Both the position numbers and the translations under genes were made by a program. A DNA stretch of 64,000 nucleotides. It comes from Nannocystales bacterium (GTDB lineage: Bacteria > Myxococcota_A > Polyangia > Nannocystales > Nannocystaceae). The stretch covers positions 96,001 to 160,000 of the forward strand of contig JBOEGF010000013.1 of assembly GCA_050633305.1 (NCBI GenBank), read 5' to 3'. Numbering within the stretch: the stretch's first letter is position 1; every line of letters begins with the position of its first letter. A model generated the notes under the pieces. The model ran no database searches, was not told the origin of the DNA, and saw nothing but the letters and a program-made list of their open reading frames with translations. This document shows, one piece after another, positions 55,410 to 64,000 of this stretch.

Positions 55410-56312
55410 ATGTCCCGCACGATGGTGGCATCGCAGCGATCGACGGCGCGGACACGCGCGCGCCAGGCTCGGCCCCCGCGCCGAAGCCCGGAAGAGGAGC
55501 TGGAGCTCCTCAGCCGAGAGCTCACGCTCGAGTTCCGGGGCAAGCACGTGCTCAAGGCGCGTGCCGTCGCCGACCTCGTCGAAGAATGCATCGCCATTCC
55601 AGGTCTCGGCGATGCCTCTGAACGGCTGGTCGACTTCTTCGCCGACACCGACAACGGAAACTGGGTCGAGGGCTCGGCGCTGTTTCGCCTCGGGCGTGCC
55701 GACCACCTCAACCGGCTGAAACGAAACTGGCGAGAGTTTGAAACCCGTCGAAGCACGATCCGGCAGTACCTGCGGCACTCCACGTCCCCAAAGCTGTCCG
55801 ACGGTTGCCTGCAGTTCAAGATCCCACAAGAGCGGCTCGAGTCGACGAAGGCGTTCATCTCCGCGTACCGACACCTCATCGGAGGTCTCGACCGGCTCTG
55901 CCGTCTGGTCCTCAACGAGGGCTTCCGTATCGCCGGCTTCTCCGACCGCTCGACCATCCTCGTGGTCGAAGCCGAATCACCCGCGGTGTTCGACCTGGCC
56001 TCTCAGCTCCTGACCCACTACGACTGGTACGAGGAGCAGGCCGCCGAGGTCAAGAGCCTCGAGGAGCGAGCGAGCATCTCCGACGAATACGCCAAGGCCG
56101 CCAAGAGCCTGGCTGCCGCCCAGCTCAGACACCTCAATGTGTTGGTCGAGGACACGGTCCGCGAGAGCATGACCGCCCCCCCCGACGACGAACGCTTCGA
56201 GAAGGCGACAGACCTGGCGCGTGAGTACATCGGGCTCCTGGGCGCCTACGTTCAAGAAGGCGCGAAGGTCACCCGCCCGAGCGCGGACCGAGCTGCCAAG
56301 CGGGCCGCGTAG
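55410..56312 (+). CDS. Hypothetical protein
   Basis: 300-aa ORF with coding-like codon usage; no family recognised. Confidence 0.65.
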   Translation: MSRTMVASQRSTARTRARQARPPRRSPEEELELLSRELTLEFRGKHVLKARAVADLVEECIAIPGLGDASERLVDFFADTDNGNWVEGSALFRLGRADHLNRLKRNWREFETRRSTIRQYLRHSTSPKLSDGCLQFKIPQERLESTKAFISAYRHLIGGLDRLCRLVLNEGFRIAGFSDRSTILVVEAESPAVFDLASQLLTHYDWYEEQAAEVKSLEERASISDEYAKAAKSLAAAQLRHLNVLVEDTVRESMTAPPDDERFEKATDLAREYIGLLGAYVQEGAKVTRPSADRAAKRAA

Positions 56313-56422
56313 AGCACTCCGAGCTCGCACCCCGGTACGTGAATCGTCGGTCGGTCGAGACCTGGTGGTTCCCCAAACCCGCCAAGCCGCCGCGGGCTGG
56401 AACTCGACGACAGCGACCGGGC

Positions 56423-56812
56423 TTAGGCCTGGAGCTCGAGAAAGTGAACGTAGGCGACCACAGCCGCATCGAGGTCCGGCCGGGCGAGTTGACCGTCTTG
56501 AGCCACGATGGCGATCTGGTGGCGGCGATGCGTGGCTTGGAACTTCAGCGCATCCTCGAGCTGGACCGTGGTCACGTAGCCGACTCGAAGCGCCAGCTCG
56601 CCAAACCTCACCCCGGGCAGATCGGCCTGCAACTCCAGCAGGGTCATGACCTGCCGGACCGAGAGCACGCCACGCATCACCAGCAACTGACCGATCGGTG
56701 TTCGCTCGGAAGCGGCCCTGGCTCGCACGTCCTCGGCATCGGACGGCTCCATGAGCCCCCGATCAACGAGGAACGTGCAAAAGTCGGGTGTTTTTCCAAG
56801 CTTCTCGTTCAT
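56423..56812 (-). CDS. Stand-alone MshEN-motif protein (putative c-di-GMP binder)
   Basis: PIGQLLVMRGVLSVRQVMTLLELQ and RFGELALRVGYVTTVQLEDALKFQ fit the 24-aa MshEN pattern. Confidence 0.75.
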   Translation of the reverse strand: MNEKLGKTPDFCTFLVDRGLMEPSDAEDVRARAASERTPIGQLLVMRGVLSVRQVMTLLELQADLPGVRFGELALRVGYVTTVQLEDALKFQATHRRHQIAIVAQDGQLARPDLDAAVVAYVHFLELQA

Positions 56813-56829
56813 CGGGAGTCCTTCCACGC

Positions 56830-57285
56830 TTAAACGTCATTATCACCGTCACCTGGAGAAAGCATCACGAAGAAGGGCTTCCCATCCACCCGAAACGAAT
56901 ATCGGGTGGCCCCAACCGGGACACTCGTCGGCCCGTCCGCCACCGACTCCGGCCTGGGAAGTCCGAGGGTGCAGGGCGGGGGGAGCACGGACTTAACCGA
57001 CCCCGCGACCTGATTAGAGAGCTCCCCGACGGCATCGAGTACATCTGCGTCCGAGACAGCCTTCTCTTCGACGTCAAACATCCGAGCCGCGGCGACACTG
57101 GCGAGAGATCGCGGGAGTTCAATCGCGATCTCTCCCGTCCAAGCACCCGAGATCCCTACAACACTGCGGACATCGGGCTGCGATTCCGTCTCCTCGGCCG
57201 GCACGCACTCCAGCTCGAGCGTCATCAAGAACACCCCTCGCATGATCTCCGCGAGGGACGACTCTCCGATTGATTCCTGCTCCAT
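56830..57285 (-). CDS. cheX: CheY-P phosphatase CheX
   Basis: VGISGAWTG, DAVGELSNQVAG (ExxN), LGLP. Confidence 0.88.
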   Translation of the reverse strand: MEQESIGESSLAEIMRGVFLMTLELECVPAEETESQPDVRSVVGISGAWTGEIAIELPRSLASVAAARMFDVEEKAVSDADVLDAVGELSNQVAGSVKSVLPPPCTLGLPRPESVADGPTSVPVGATRYSFRVDGKPFFVMLSPGDGDNDV

Positions 57286-57286
57286 C

Positions 57287-58105
57287 CTACGCCGCTCTTC
57301 GGTAGAAGACGCCCCGACCATCCCGGACGCTCTCGTAGTTCTGGTCGAGGTTCACGGTCGTTTCTGCTCCTCCGAGGAACAACGCTCCGTCGGTGTTCAG
57401 CAGCTTTCGCGCTCGGCCAAGGATGGAAGATTTCATCTCCACGTCGAAGTAGATCAGGACGTTGCGCATGAAGATGATGTCGAACTCCTCTGTGAACGGC
57501 CAGCTCTCCGCGAGGTTGAGCGTACGGAAGGTGACGAGTTTTCTGAGGCGCTCCTGAACGACCCAGTCCATGCCCGAACGCTCGAAGTACTTCAGCAAGA
57601 ACGGGGCCGGAAGGCCTCGGTTGACCTCGTGTTGCTTGTACCGCCCAGCCCGGCACTTCTTGAGGACCGTCTCGTTGATGTCTGTCGCCACGAAGTCGAT
57701 GTCCCACTGAGACGGGTCGGGCAGCGTCTCGAAGATCGACATCAGCACGCTGTACGGCTCCTGCCCCGTCGACGCAGCCCCACACCAGATCCGAATCCGG
57801 CGGCTGGACGTGCGGCGCTCGATGAGTCCAGGCAGAACTCGGTTCTTTAGGATCTCGAACGGATGCTGGTCCCGGAAGAAGTAGGTCTCGTTGGTGGTGA
57901 GCGCCTCGACAACCTCGCTCTCGAGGCTCCGGTCGCGCCGTGTCTGAAGGAGCTTCACCACCCCATCTACGCCGGCCACACCTCGCTTTCGAGCGATGGG
58001 AAGCAACCGGGATTCGACCAAATAGTCCTTGTCGGACCCGATCACGATCGCCGATTGATCGTAGATGAACTTGCGAACGAAACTGAGTGAAAGTGGATTT
58101 GTCAT
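57287..58105 (-). CDS. cheR: Chemoreceptor methyltransferase CheR
   Basis: YLVESRL, TTNETYFFRD, IWCGAASTGQEPYS, ATDI, RNVLIYF. Confidence 0.95.
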   Translation of the reverse strand: MTNPLSLSFVRKFIYDQSAIVIGSDKDYLVESRLLPIARKRGVAGVDGVVKLLQTRRDRSLESEVVEALTTNETYFFRDQHPFEILKNRVLPGLIERRTSSRRIRIWCGAASTGQEPYSVLMSIFETLPDPSQWDIDFVATDINETVLKKCRAGRYKQHEVNRGLPAPFLLKYFERSGMDWVVQERLRKLVTFRTLNLAESWPFTEEFDIIFMRNVLIYFDVEMKSSILGRARKLLNTDGALFLGGAETTVNLDQNYESVRDGRGVFYRRAA

Positions 58106-59181
58106 CGCATCCCCGCAGTCGCCGCTGGCGCACGGTGTGAGGTTGAACGGTCGAACTCCCGACCAATGTCCTCGAGTGTCATTGTCTTGTGAGCCGCGCC
58201 GGCCGAGATGACCCCGTTGGGCATGCTCGGGACCACGCACGACGACGGTTCCTGCACCACGACGGTGCCTCCGGCCTCAACAAGAACACCGGCTCCCTTC
58301 GCGCCATCGTGTCCCATTCCGGTCAGGACCGCAGCGAGTACGTTCCCTCCGTATACGCTCGCCAGTCCACGGAACAACACGTCCACGGCGGGGCGACAGA
58401 AGTTTTCGGGTGGTTCGTCGTTGAGCACGATGCGAATGTCGACGCCTCTTCTGGCGACGGTCATGTGCTGTCCTCCGGGCGCCAGGTAGCAGACCCCAGC
58501 CACGACCTTCTCCCCGTCCTCGCCTTCCTTTACGAGCTGGCCCGACTGCGCTGAGAGACGCTCGGCAAGCAATGTCGTGAAGACCGGGGGCATGTGCTGA
58601 ACGATGAACATCGGAGCCCCGAGCGGCCGGTAGAGCGAATGAAACACCTGAGCCAGGGCGTTGGGCCCCCCGGTTGAACACCCGATTGCCACCGCCCGAA
58701 CGGGCTTCGCCGCGTCGGCTTTCGGCGCCGGACGCAGGACCCGAACCGTGGCCGGAGCTTCGACCTCGGGCTCGGGAGTCACCAGACCGCGAACAGTGTC
58801 CAACAGGTCGGCCACGAACTGATCCTTCGGGTACGTCGCGTGCGGCTTCGAGATGTAGTCCGAGGCTCCCTCAGACAGCGCACGCACGGTGATCTCCGCT
58901 CCCCGAGCGGTCAGCGAGCTGCACATCAGGACGGGGAGCTGCGACCAATCCCTGTTCTTCCGGATCCGACGAAGTGCCTCGATTCCGTCCACCCGGGGCA
59001 TCTCGACGTCGAGCACCACGAGGTCGATATCCTTGTGGTGCTTCTCCAAATACCCCAGGCCCAGCTCCGCAGTCGGTGCAGCGTACGCCACCTCGAGCGA
59101 TGGATCGCTGGTGAGGGCCTGAGTCAACATGGCTCGGGCAACCGCGGAGTCGTCCACGAGCATGACGCGGTACTTCGTCAT
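58102..59181 (-). CDS. cheB: Chemotaxis methylesterase CheB (REC plus esterase)
   Basis: VDDSA, LDVEMP, GCSTGGP, QHMP, RPAVD, LTGMGHDG (intact triad). Confidence 0.95.
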   Translation of the reverse strand: MTKYRVMLVDDSAVARAMLTQALTSDPSLEVAYAAPTAELGLGYLEKHHKDIDLVVLDVEMPRVDGIEALRRIRKNRDWSQLPVLMCSSLTARGAEITVRALSEGASDYISKPHATYPKDQFVADLLDTVRGLVTPEPEVEAPATVRVLRPAPKADAAKPVRAVAIGCSTGGPNALAQVFHSLYRPLGAPMFIVQHMPPVFTTLLAERLSAQSGQLVKEGEDGEKVVAGVCYLAPGGQHMTVARRGVDIRIVLNDEPPENFCRPAVDVLFRGLASVYGGNVLAAVLTGMGHDGAKGAGVLVEAGGTVVVQEPSSCVVPSMPNGVISAGAAHKTMTLEDIGREFDRSTSHRAPAATAGMR

Positions 59182-59558
59182 GCCGCCTCCACGCCGAGGA
59201 GGTCGAGCTTGGCAACAAGCGCGGCGGGACTGAAGGGCTTCATCAGGTACTCGTTGGCCCCCGCGGCGAGTGCTCGCACCATCTGCCGCACCTCGGTTTC
59301 GGTCGTGACCATCAGGACCGGTAGACGGGCTCGGTCGGGGTGCAACGCGTCCCTGCGGAGCGTGCGGACGAGGTCCAACCCGTTCATGACGGGCATGTTC
59401 CAGTCCACCAGAAGCAACCCGATCTCTGGTTCTTCATCGAGGCGTTCCAGGGCCTCCTGCCCATGGCCCGCCTCAAACACCACGAACCCTTTGGTTTCCA
59501 GCGTTCTGCGGATGATGGAACGAATCGCACGCGAGTCGTCGACAATGAGAGCTTTCAC
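59178..59558 (-). CDS. cheY: Single-domain response regulator CheY
   Basis: LIVDDSR, LVDWNMP, MVTTE, YLMKPF; located inside the che operon. Confidence 0.9.
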   Translation of the reverse strand: MKALIVDDSRAIRSIIRRTLETKGFVVFEAGHGQEALERLDEEPEIGLLLVDWNMPVMNGLDLVRTLRRDALHPDRARLPVLMVTTETEVRQMVRALAAGANEYLMKPFSPAALVAKLDLLGVEAA

Positions 59559-59602
59559 GGTAGCCTTCCTTGCTCAAGCGGTTGTGAGACATTGGGTCCG
59601 AC

Positions 59603-61744
59603 TCAGTAGGTGAAGTTGCTGACCAGCGTACGAAGGTCGGCAGCCATCGCCGCGACTTCGGTCGAAGCGCTCTCTGCGTTCCCCGACCCCTCGGAGGTGG
59701 TATGTGCCGCATCTGCAACACTCGTGATGTTCTGAGAGATCTCTGAGCTCCCCCTGGCCGCATCCGCGACGTTCCGGGTAATCTCGTTCGTCGTTGCAGT
59801 CTGCTCTTCAACCGCGCCAGCGATCGCTGTCTGCAGGTCGTTGATCTGGTTGATGATGTCGGAGATCTCGCCGATGGCGGTCACCGCAGAGCCCGTGTCC
59901 CCTTGGATGGCCTCGATTCGCTGTCCGATGTCTTCGGTGGCCTTCGCGGTCTCCTTCGCCAGCTCCTTGACCTCGTTTGCGACCACCGCAAACCCCTTGC
60001 CGGCCTCGCCGGCTCGAGCCGCCTCAATCGTCGCGTTGAGCGCCAGCAGGTTGGTTTGCTGGGCAATCGAGGTGATGACCTTGATGACCTTGCCGATGTC
60101 CGCACTGCTCTCGCCCAGCTTGGTCACCACAGCGTTGGTGGTGTCAGCGACATCCACCGCGGACATTGCAACACGTGCCGCGTCGGCGGCGTTCTTCGCG
60201 ATTTCGCGAATACTCGCCGACATCTCCTCGGCGGCGGCAGCAACCGTCTGAACGTTGTGGTTGACCTGCTCGGTGGTCGTCGAGGCGACCTTGGCCTCAG
60301 ACGTGGTCTGCATCGCACTGCGTGTCATCGACTTCGCCACGACCGAGAGTTCCTCCGAGGCGCTGCCCAATCCCGTCGCGTTCTCGGCGATCTTCGTGAC
60401 GCTCTCGCGCATCGTCTCGATCAGCTGGTTGCAGCCGTCTCCGACCCGACCGATGGGGTCCTCACCACTCACGGCGACCGTCTGCGTAAGGTCCCCTGCC
60501 GCGGCGAGACGCACAGTCTCGAGAATCTGCTCCACCTTGGCCTCGAGTTCCTGAGCGGAACGGACTCGCTCGGTGATGTCGGAGCATAGCTTGACGACAC
60601 GTTGGGTTTTGCCATCCGGGCCCACGATGGGGTTGTAGGTGCCCTGGATCCAGATGTCGTTGCCGGACTTGTCGACCCGTCGGAACTCCCCGGACATCGG
60701 CAGCCCCGCCCGGAGGTCATTCCAGTGCTTGATGTACTCGGGCGACGAGCGCTCGTTCGGATCGACAAACAGCGAGTGGTGCTGGCCGATGACCTCTGCC
60801 GCGGTGTAGCCGAGAGTTGTGAGCAGGTTGTCGTTGGCCTCGATCACCGTGCCGTCTGGCTTGAACGAGATCATCGCAACGGCTCGGTCGACCGACTCGA
60901 GGTCCCCCCGGATCTTCTCGTCCGAAACCTCTCGCTCACGGGCCTCCGTGACGTCCTCCCACTCCACTGTGTTCCCGAGGTAGCGGCCCCGTGGGTCGAG
61001 GTTGATGTCCGCAGAGATTCGGAACTGACGAGCACCGATGCGGATCTCCGTGGAGTACGGCATCTTGCTCGAGTCCCTGAAAATGGCGCGCTGACCAGCA
61101 GCGTCCGTGTGCAGGCTGTCCAGACAGGAACCGACCAGGTTCCGGGCTTCGAAACTCGGAGAGATGGAGCGGAGCTCAGACTCTGCGCCCGCGAACAAGC
61201 GCGTGGCCGCGTCGTTCGCGAACGTAATCGTCAGGTCCGCGTCGACCATCAAGACCGCCGCCGACGCATTGCTCAGCGCTTGGTCGGTTCGGTCCAACCG
61301 CTCCGCGGCTTCTTGCTCTGCGGTCGCGTCCTCAGCGATCGACAGGACCCGGCTCAGCGTTCCGCTCGCGTCCAAGATCGGAGTGTGGGCTGCCTTCACC
61401 CAGACCCCCGGACCGTCGGTCTGCGCGACGAGGAACGTGCTGGTCTGGCTGATGCCACGGCGGAGGTCCTCCCAAGTCCGCGCATACTCCACCGACGACG
61501 CGTATTGCGGCTCCACCAACGTCCGCAAGTTCCGTCCCACGATGCCCTCGACGGTGTGCCCGGTGATGCGAAGAAAGTTCGAGTTTACGGCAACAATGGT
61601 CCCGTCCGGCTCGAGTTCAGCGACCGCCTGAACGCGCTCGAGCGCGGCGATCTTGTCCGACGCCCCACGGTCGGCCTCGACCGACGAGTCGTTGGCTGCA
61701 GGGGTGGGTTGCGGAGACGTGTTTCGGGCGTTGCGGGCGGACAT
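59603..61744 (-). CDS. Soluble methyl-accepting chemotaxis protein with three PAS domains
   Basis: No TM segment; three PAS domains, HAMP-like GDLTQ, signalling tip [37 protein letters not shown]. Confidence 0.95.
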   Translation of the reverse strand: MSARNARNTSPQPTPAANDSSVEADRGASDKIAALERVQAVAELEPDGTIVAVNSNFLRITGHTVEGIVGRNLRTLVEPQYASSVEYARTWEDLRRGISQTSTFLVAQTDGPGVWVKAAHTPILDASGTLSRVLSIAEDATAEQEAAERLDRTDQALSNASAAVLMVDADLTITFANDAATRLFAGAESELRSISPSFEARNLVGSCLDSLHTDAAGQRAIFRDSSKMPYSTEIRIGARQFRISADINLDPRGRYLGNTVEWEDVTEAREREVSDEKIRGDLESVDRAVAMISFKPDGTVIEANDNLLTTLGYTAAEVIGQHHSLFVDPNERSSPEYIKHWNDLRAGLPMSGEFRRVDKSGNDIWIQGTYNPIVGPDGKTQRVVKLCSDITERVRSAQELEAKVEQILETVRLAAAGDLTQTVAVSGEDPIGRVGDGCNQLIETMRESVTKIAENATGLGSASEELSVVAKSMTRSAMQTTSEAKVASTTTEQVNHNVQTVAAAAEEMSASIREIAKNAADAARVAMSAVDVADTTNAVVTKLGESSADIGKVIKVITSIAQQTNLLALNATIEAARAGEAGKGFAVVANEVKELAKETAKATEDIGQRIEAIQGDTGSAVTAIGEISDIINQINDLQTAIAGAVEEQTATTNEITRNVADAARGSSEISQNITSVADAAHTTSEGSGNAESASTEVAAMAADLRTLVSNFTY

Positions 61745-61800
61745 TGTTTCTTCTTCGGTTCGGGTCTGGAAATCTTTGTTGGCGGTGGCGGGCGAGCTGC

Positions 61801-62262
61801 TCAGGCGGCAGAAGGCACGGATACGATCGTCGCGACCGCATTCGGGTCGAGGACGAGCAGGATGTCTTGCTTGAGCTTGTAAACGGACTCCACGAGCTCG
61901 GCGACGATCGGCGAAAGATTCGGAGGCACTTGGCCGCGTAGCGACTGTTCGACGTGAAGCACGTCTCCGATTTCGTCCACCAACAGGCTCACCGCGCCTT
62001 CCTCACTGTGAACAACAACATTCATCGAGCCGTCTTCGCTCTCCAGCGGTGGGAAACGCAGGCGAGCCCGCATGTCCACGGCGGTGACGATTCGCCCGCG
62101 CAGGTTGATCAGCCCCCGGACCACCGGGGGCGCCATGGGGACCAGTGTCATTCGTTGCGCTCGGATGACCTCGTGGACATTCTGAACGTCGACGCCGAAG
62201 GTCAAATCACCGACGGTGAAGGTGCAGACTTGTCTGCCAGGTCCGGTTTTTACGGCGCTCAT
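61801..62262 (-). CDS. cheW: Chemotaxis adaptor CheW
   Basis: [35 protein letters not shown]. Confidence 0.95.
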   Translation of the reverse strand: MSAVKTGPGRQVCTFTVGDLTFGVDVQNVHEVIRAQRMTLVPMAPPVVRGLINLRGRIVTAVDMRARLRFPPLESEDGSMNVVVHSEEGAVSLLVDEIGDVLHVEQSLRGQVPPNLSPIVAELVESVYKLKQDILLVLDPNAVATIVSVPSAA

Positions 62263-64000
62263 GCTGCTTTCCCTCGGTTGAAGAACCCGTCGGCTTTCCC
62301 GGCGAGAACACTCTCGATATCCAGAAGGTCTGTGACGCGGCCCTGGATGACCACCGCGCCGAGCGTTCCTTCACGGCGCAGACCGTGCTGGACCTCGATG
62401 ACCTCGTTCACGGTGTCCAGAATCTCCTCGACGACAAGCCCCACACTCCGGGTATCGTCGACATACACCACGACATTGAGGGGAGACTTTCCGTCCTCCC
62501 AACGGGACATCGGAGAACCGGTGAGATCCAGCAGTGGGAGGATGTCTCCCCGATACTGGATCACCAGGTGACCGCTGGCCCGCTCGAGCGTCGACGGGTC
62601 GACCTCTTCGAGGCGTGCAACGATGGACAAGGGAACCGCCATACGGTTGCCCGGAGACGTCGAGAACACCAGCAAGGGCTCCACAGCGTCGCCCTCCGCC
62701 ATCCTGTCGCGGCTGCGCTCGTCTGCGAAGTCGTTGTGCTGCGTGTGACCTAGAAGCGAGGCTCTCTCCGCGATTCCGATGACATCCAGAATCAGAGCCA
62801 CACGTCCGTCGCCCATGATCGTGGCTCCCGCGAACGCGCTGAGGCTCTTGAGTTCTTTCCCCAGCGGCTTGACGACAATCTCCTCGGTATCGCTCACCGC
62901 ATCGACGACGAGGCCAAACTGGCGATTGTCGGCCTGCAAGACCACGATGTTGAGCACATCGGGCAACTCGTCTTCTGCCCGCGGCGGAAGCTGAAGCGCT
63001 TCGTCGAGGAACACCAGGGGAAGCATTTCTCCACGGAGTCGGTACAGCGTCGTTCCGTAGAGGCGCTCGATCCCAGACTTCGCTTGCTCCCCCTCGAGGC
63101 GCACGAGTTCCAGGAGGTTGACCTGCGGGATCGCGAACCGCTCTCCCTGACTCGCCACGATGAGCGCCGGGATGATTGCGAGCGTCAGGGGGATCTTGAT
63201 GCGCAAGACGGTCCCAGAGCCCAGCGTCGTGCTCACGTCGACACTTCCGCCGATCTTCTCGACGTTGGTCTTGACCACGTCCATTCCGACCCCTCGCCCT
63301 GAGACGTTGGTGACGGCCGCCGCGGTGCTGAAGCCGGGGTGGAAGATCAGGTGGGCGATCTCTCGGTCGGCGAGGCTGGATGCACGCTCCGCGGACACAA
63401 GCCCACGGGAGATCGCACGCTCTTTGACACGCGCGAGGTTGATGCCCCCCCCGTCGTCAACAACCTCGATGTTGACCTGACCGCCTTCGTGGTAGGCGCG
63501 AAGCGTGAGACGTCCCCGGGGTGACTTGCCAGCCGCTTCCCGGACATCTGGAGCCTCGATGCCATGGTCGATGGCATTGCGAACCGCGTGGGTGAGCGGG
63601 TCCTTGATCGCCTCGATGATGGTTCGGTCCAGCTCGGTCTCGATTCCATCGAGCTCGAGCTCTACATCCTTGCCGCAGGACTGACACAAACCGCGAACCA
63701 TCCGCGGGAACTTGTTCCAGACGTTGCCGATCGGCTGCATCCGGGTCTTCATCACGCCCTCCTGCAACTCCGTCGTCAGCAGGTTGAGCTGTTGAGACGC
63801 GTTCGCGAACGAGGAGTCCTCGACGTGCGCGGCGAATTGGAGGATCCGGTTTCGTGCCAGGACCAGCTCACCGACCAGGTTCATGACGCGGTCGAGAAGA
63901 CCGACGTCGACCCGGATCGTCGTGTCTGCGAGCGCGCTCCGACTGGTGCCTTCGGCTTCAGCAGGCTGTGCCTTGGCCTTGGGTGCGGGCGCTGGCGGAC
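62259..64000 (-). CDS. cheA: Chemotaxis histidine kinase CheA with two CheW-like domains (N-terminus outside the window)
   Basis: IRVDVGLLDRVMNLVGELV, RNAIDHGIE, DDGGG, SGRGVGMDVV, IPLTLAI; second CheW domain (IQYRGDILPL); frame open to the window end. Confidence 0.95.
   Translation of the reverse strand, partial: PPAPAPKAKAQPAEAEGTSRSALADTTIRVDVGLLDRVMNLVGELVLARNRILQFAAHVEDSSFANASQQLNLLTTELQEGVMKTRMQPIGNVWNKFPRMVRGLCQSCGKDVELELDGIETELDRTIIEAIKDPLTHAVRNAIDHGIEAPDVREAAGKSPRGRLTLRAYHEGGQVNIEVVDDGGGINLARVKERAISRGLVSAERASSLADREIAHLIFHPGFSTAAAVTNVSGRGVGMDVVKTNVEKIGGSVDVSTTLGSGTVLRIKIPLTLAIIPALIVASQGERFAIPQVNLLELVRLEGEQAKSGIERLYGTTLYRLRGEMLPLVFLDEALQLPPRAEDELPDVLNIVVLQADNRQFGLVVDAVSDTEEIVVKPLGKELKSLSAFAGATIMGDGRVALILDVIGIAERASLLGHTQHNDFADERSRDRMAEGDAVEPLLVFSTSPGNRMAVPLSIVARLEEVDPSTLERASGHLVIQYRGDILPLLDLTGSPMSRWEDGKSPLNVVVYVDDTRSVGLVVEEILDTVNEVIEVQHGLRREGTLGAVVIQGRVTDLLDIESVLAGKADGFFNRGKAA

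Noticed and set aside
1..64000. Prophage, IS element, integron or CRISPR array
   Set aside because: No integrase, transposase, phage structural gene, attC-like series or repeat-spacer array was seen by eye

Overview
GC-rich chromosomal window (about 65-70% by eye), very probably from a myxobacterium of the Nannocystaceae/Polyangia type. The inference rests on many lipoproteins with Ser/Thr/Gly-rich stalks, a zf-HC2-kinase-TPR protein, and AgmX/PglI-like and GltE-like proteins. It holds about 53 densely packed CDSs. I found no rRNA, tRNA, CRISPR array, transposase, integrase or phage gene. The first 56 kb is a mosaic of unrelated genes: hydrolases, transporters, ECF sigma modules, beta-propeller lipoproteins and hypotheticals. 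The last 7.6 kb is a minus-strand chemosensory operon, cheA (partial)-cheW-soluble tri-PAS MCP-cheY-cheB-cheR-cheX, ending in a stand-alone MshEN-motif protein. I cannot show one large novel multi-gene system. The best leads are: (1) the F5-like chemosensory operon with an Aer2-type heme-PAS receptor and a putative c-di-GMP-binding MshEN protein; (2) a membrane triheme cytochrome whose last heme domain sits on a TonB-like (EP)n/(KP)n spacer; (3) a MATE transporter fused to a His-rich luciferase/DUF5519-like domain; (4) a protein resembling the selenoprotein N redox motif; (5) several apparent pseudoenzymes (WecC-like, CheB-like, esterase-like). All family calls come from motif recognition by eye, with no database search. 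Many start codons were moved from the ORF track to more plausible positions and are approximate.
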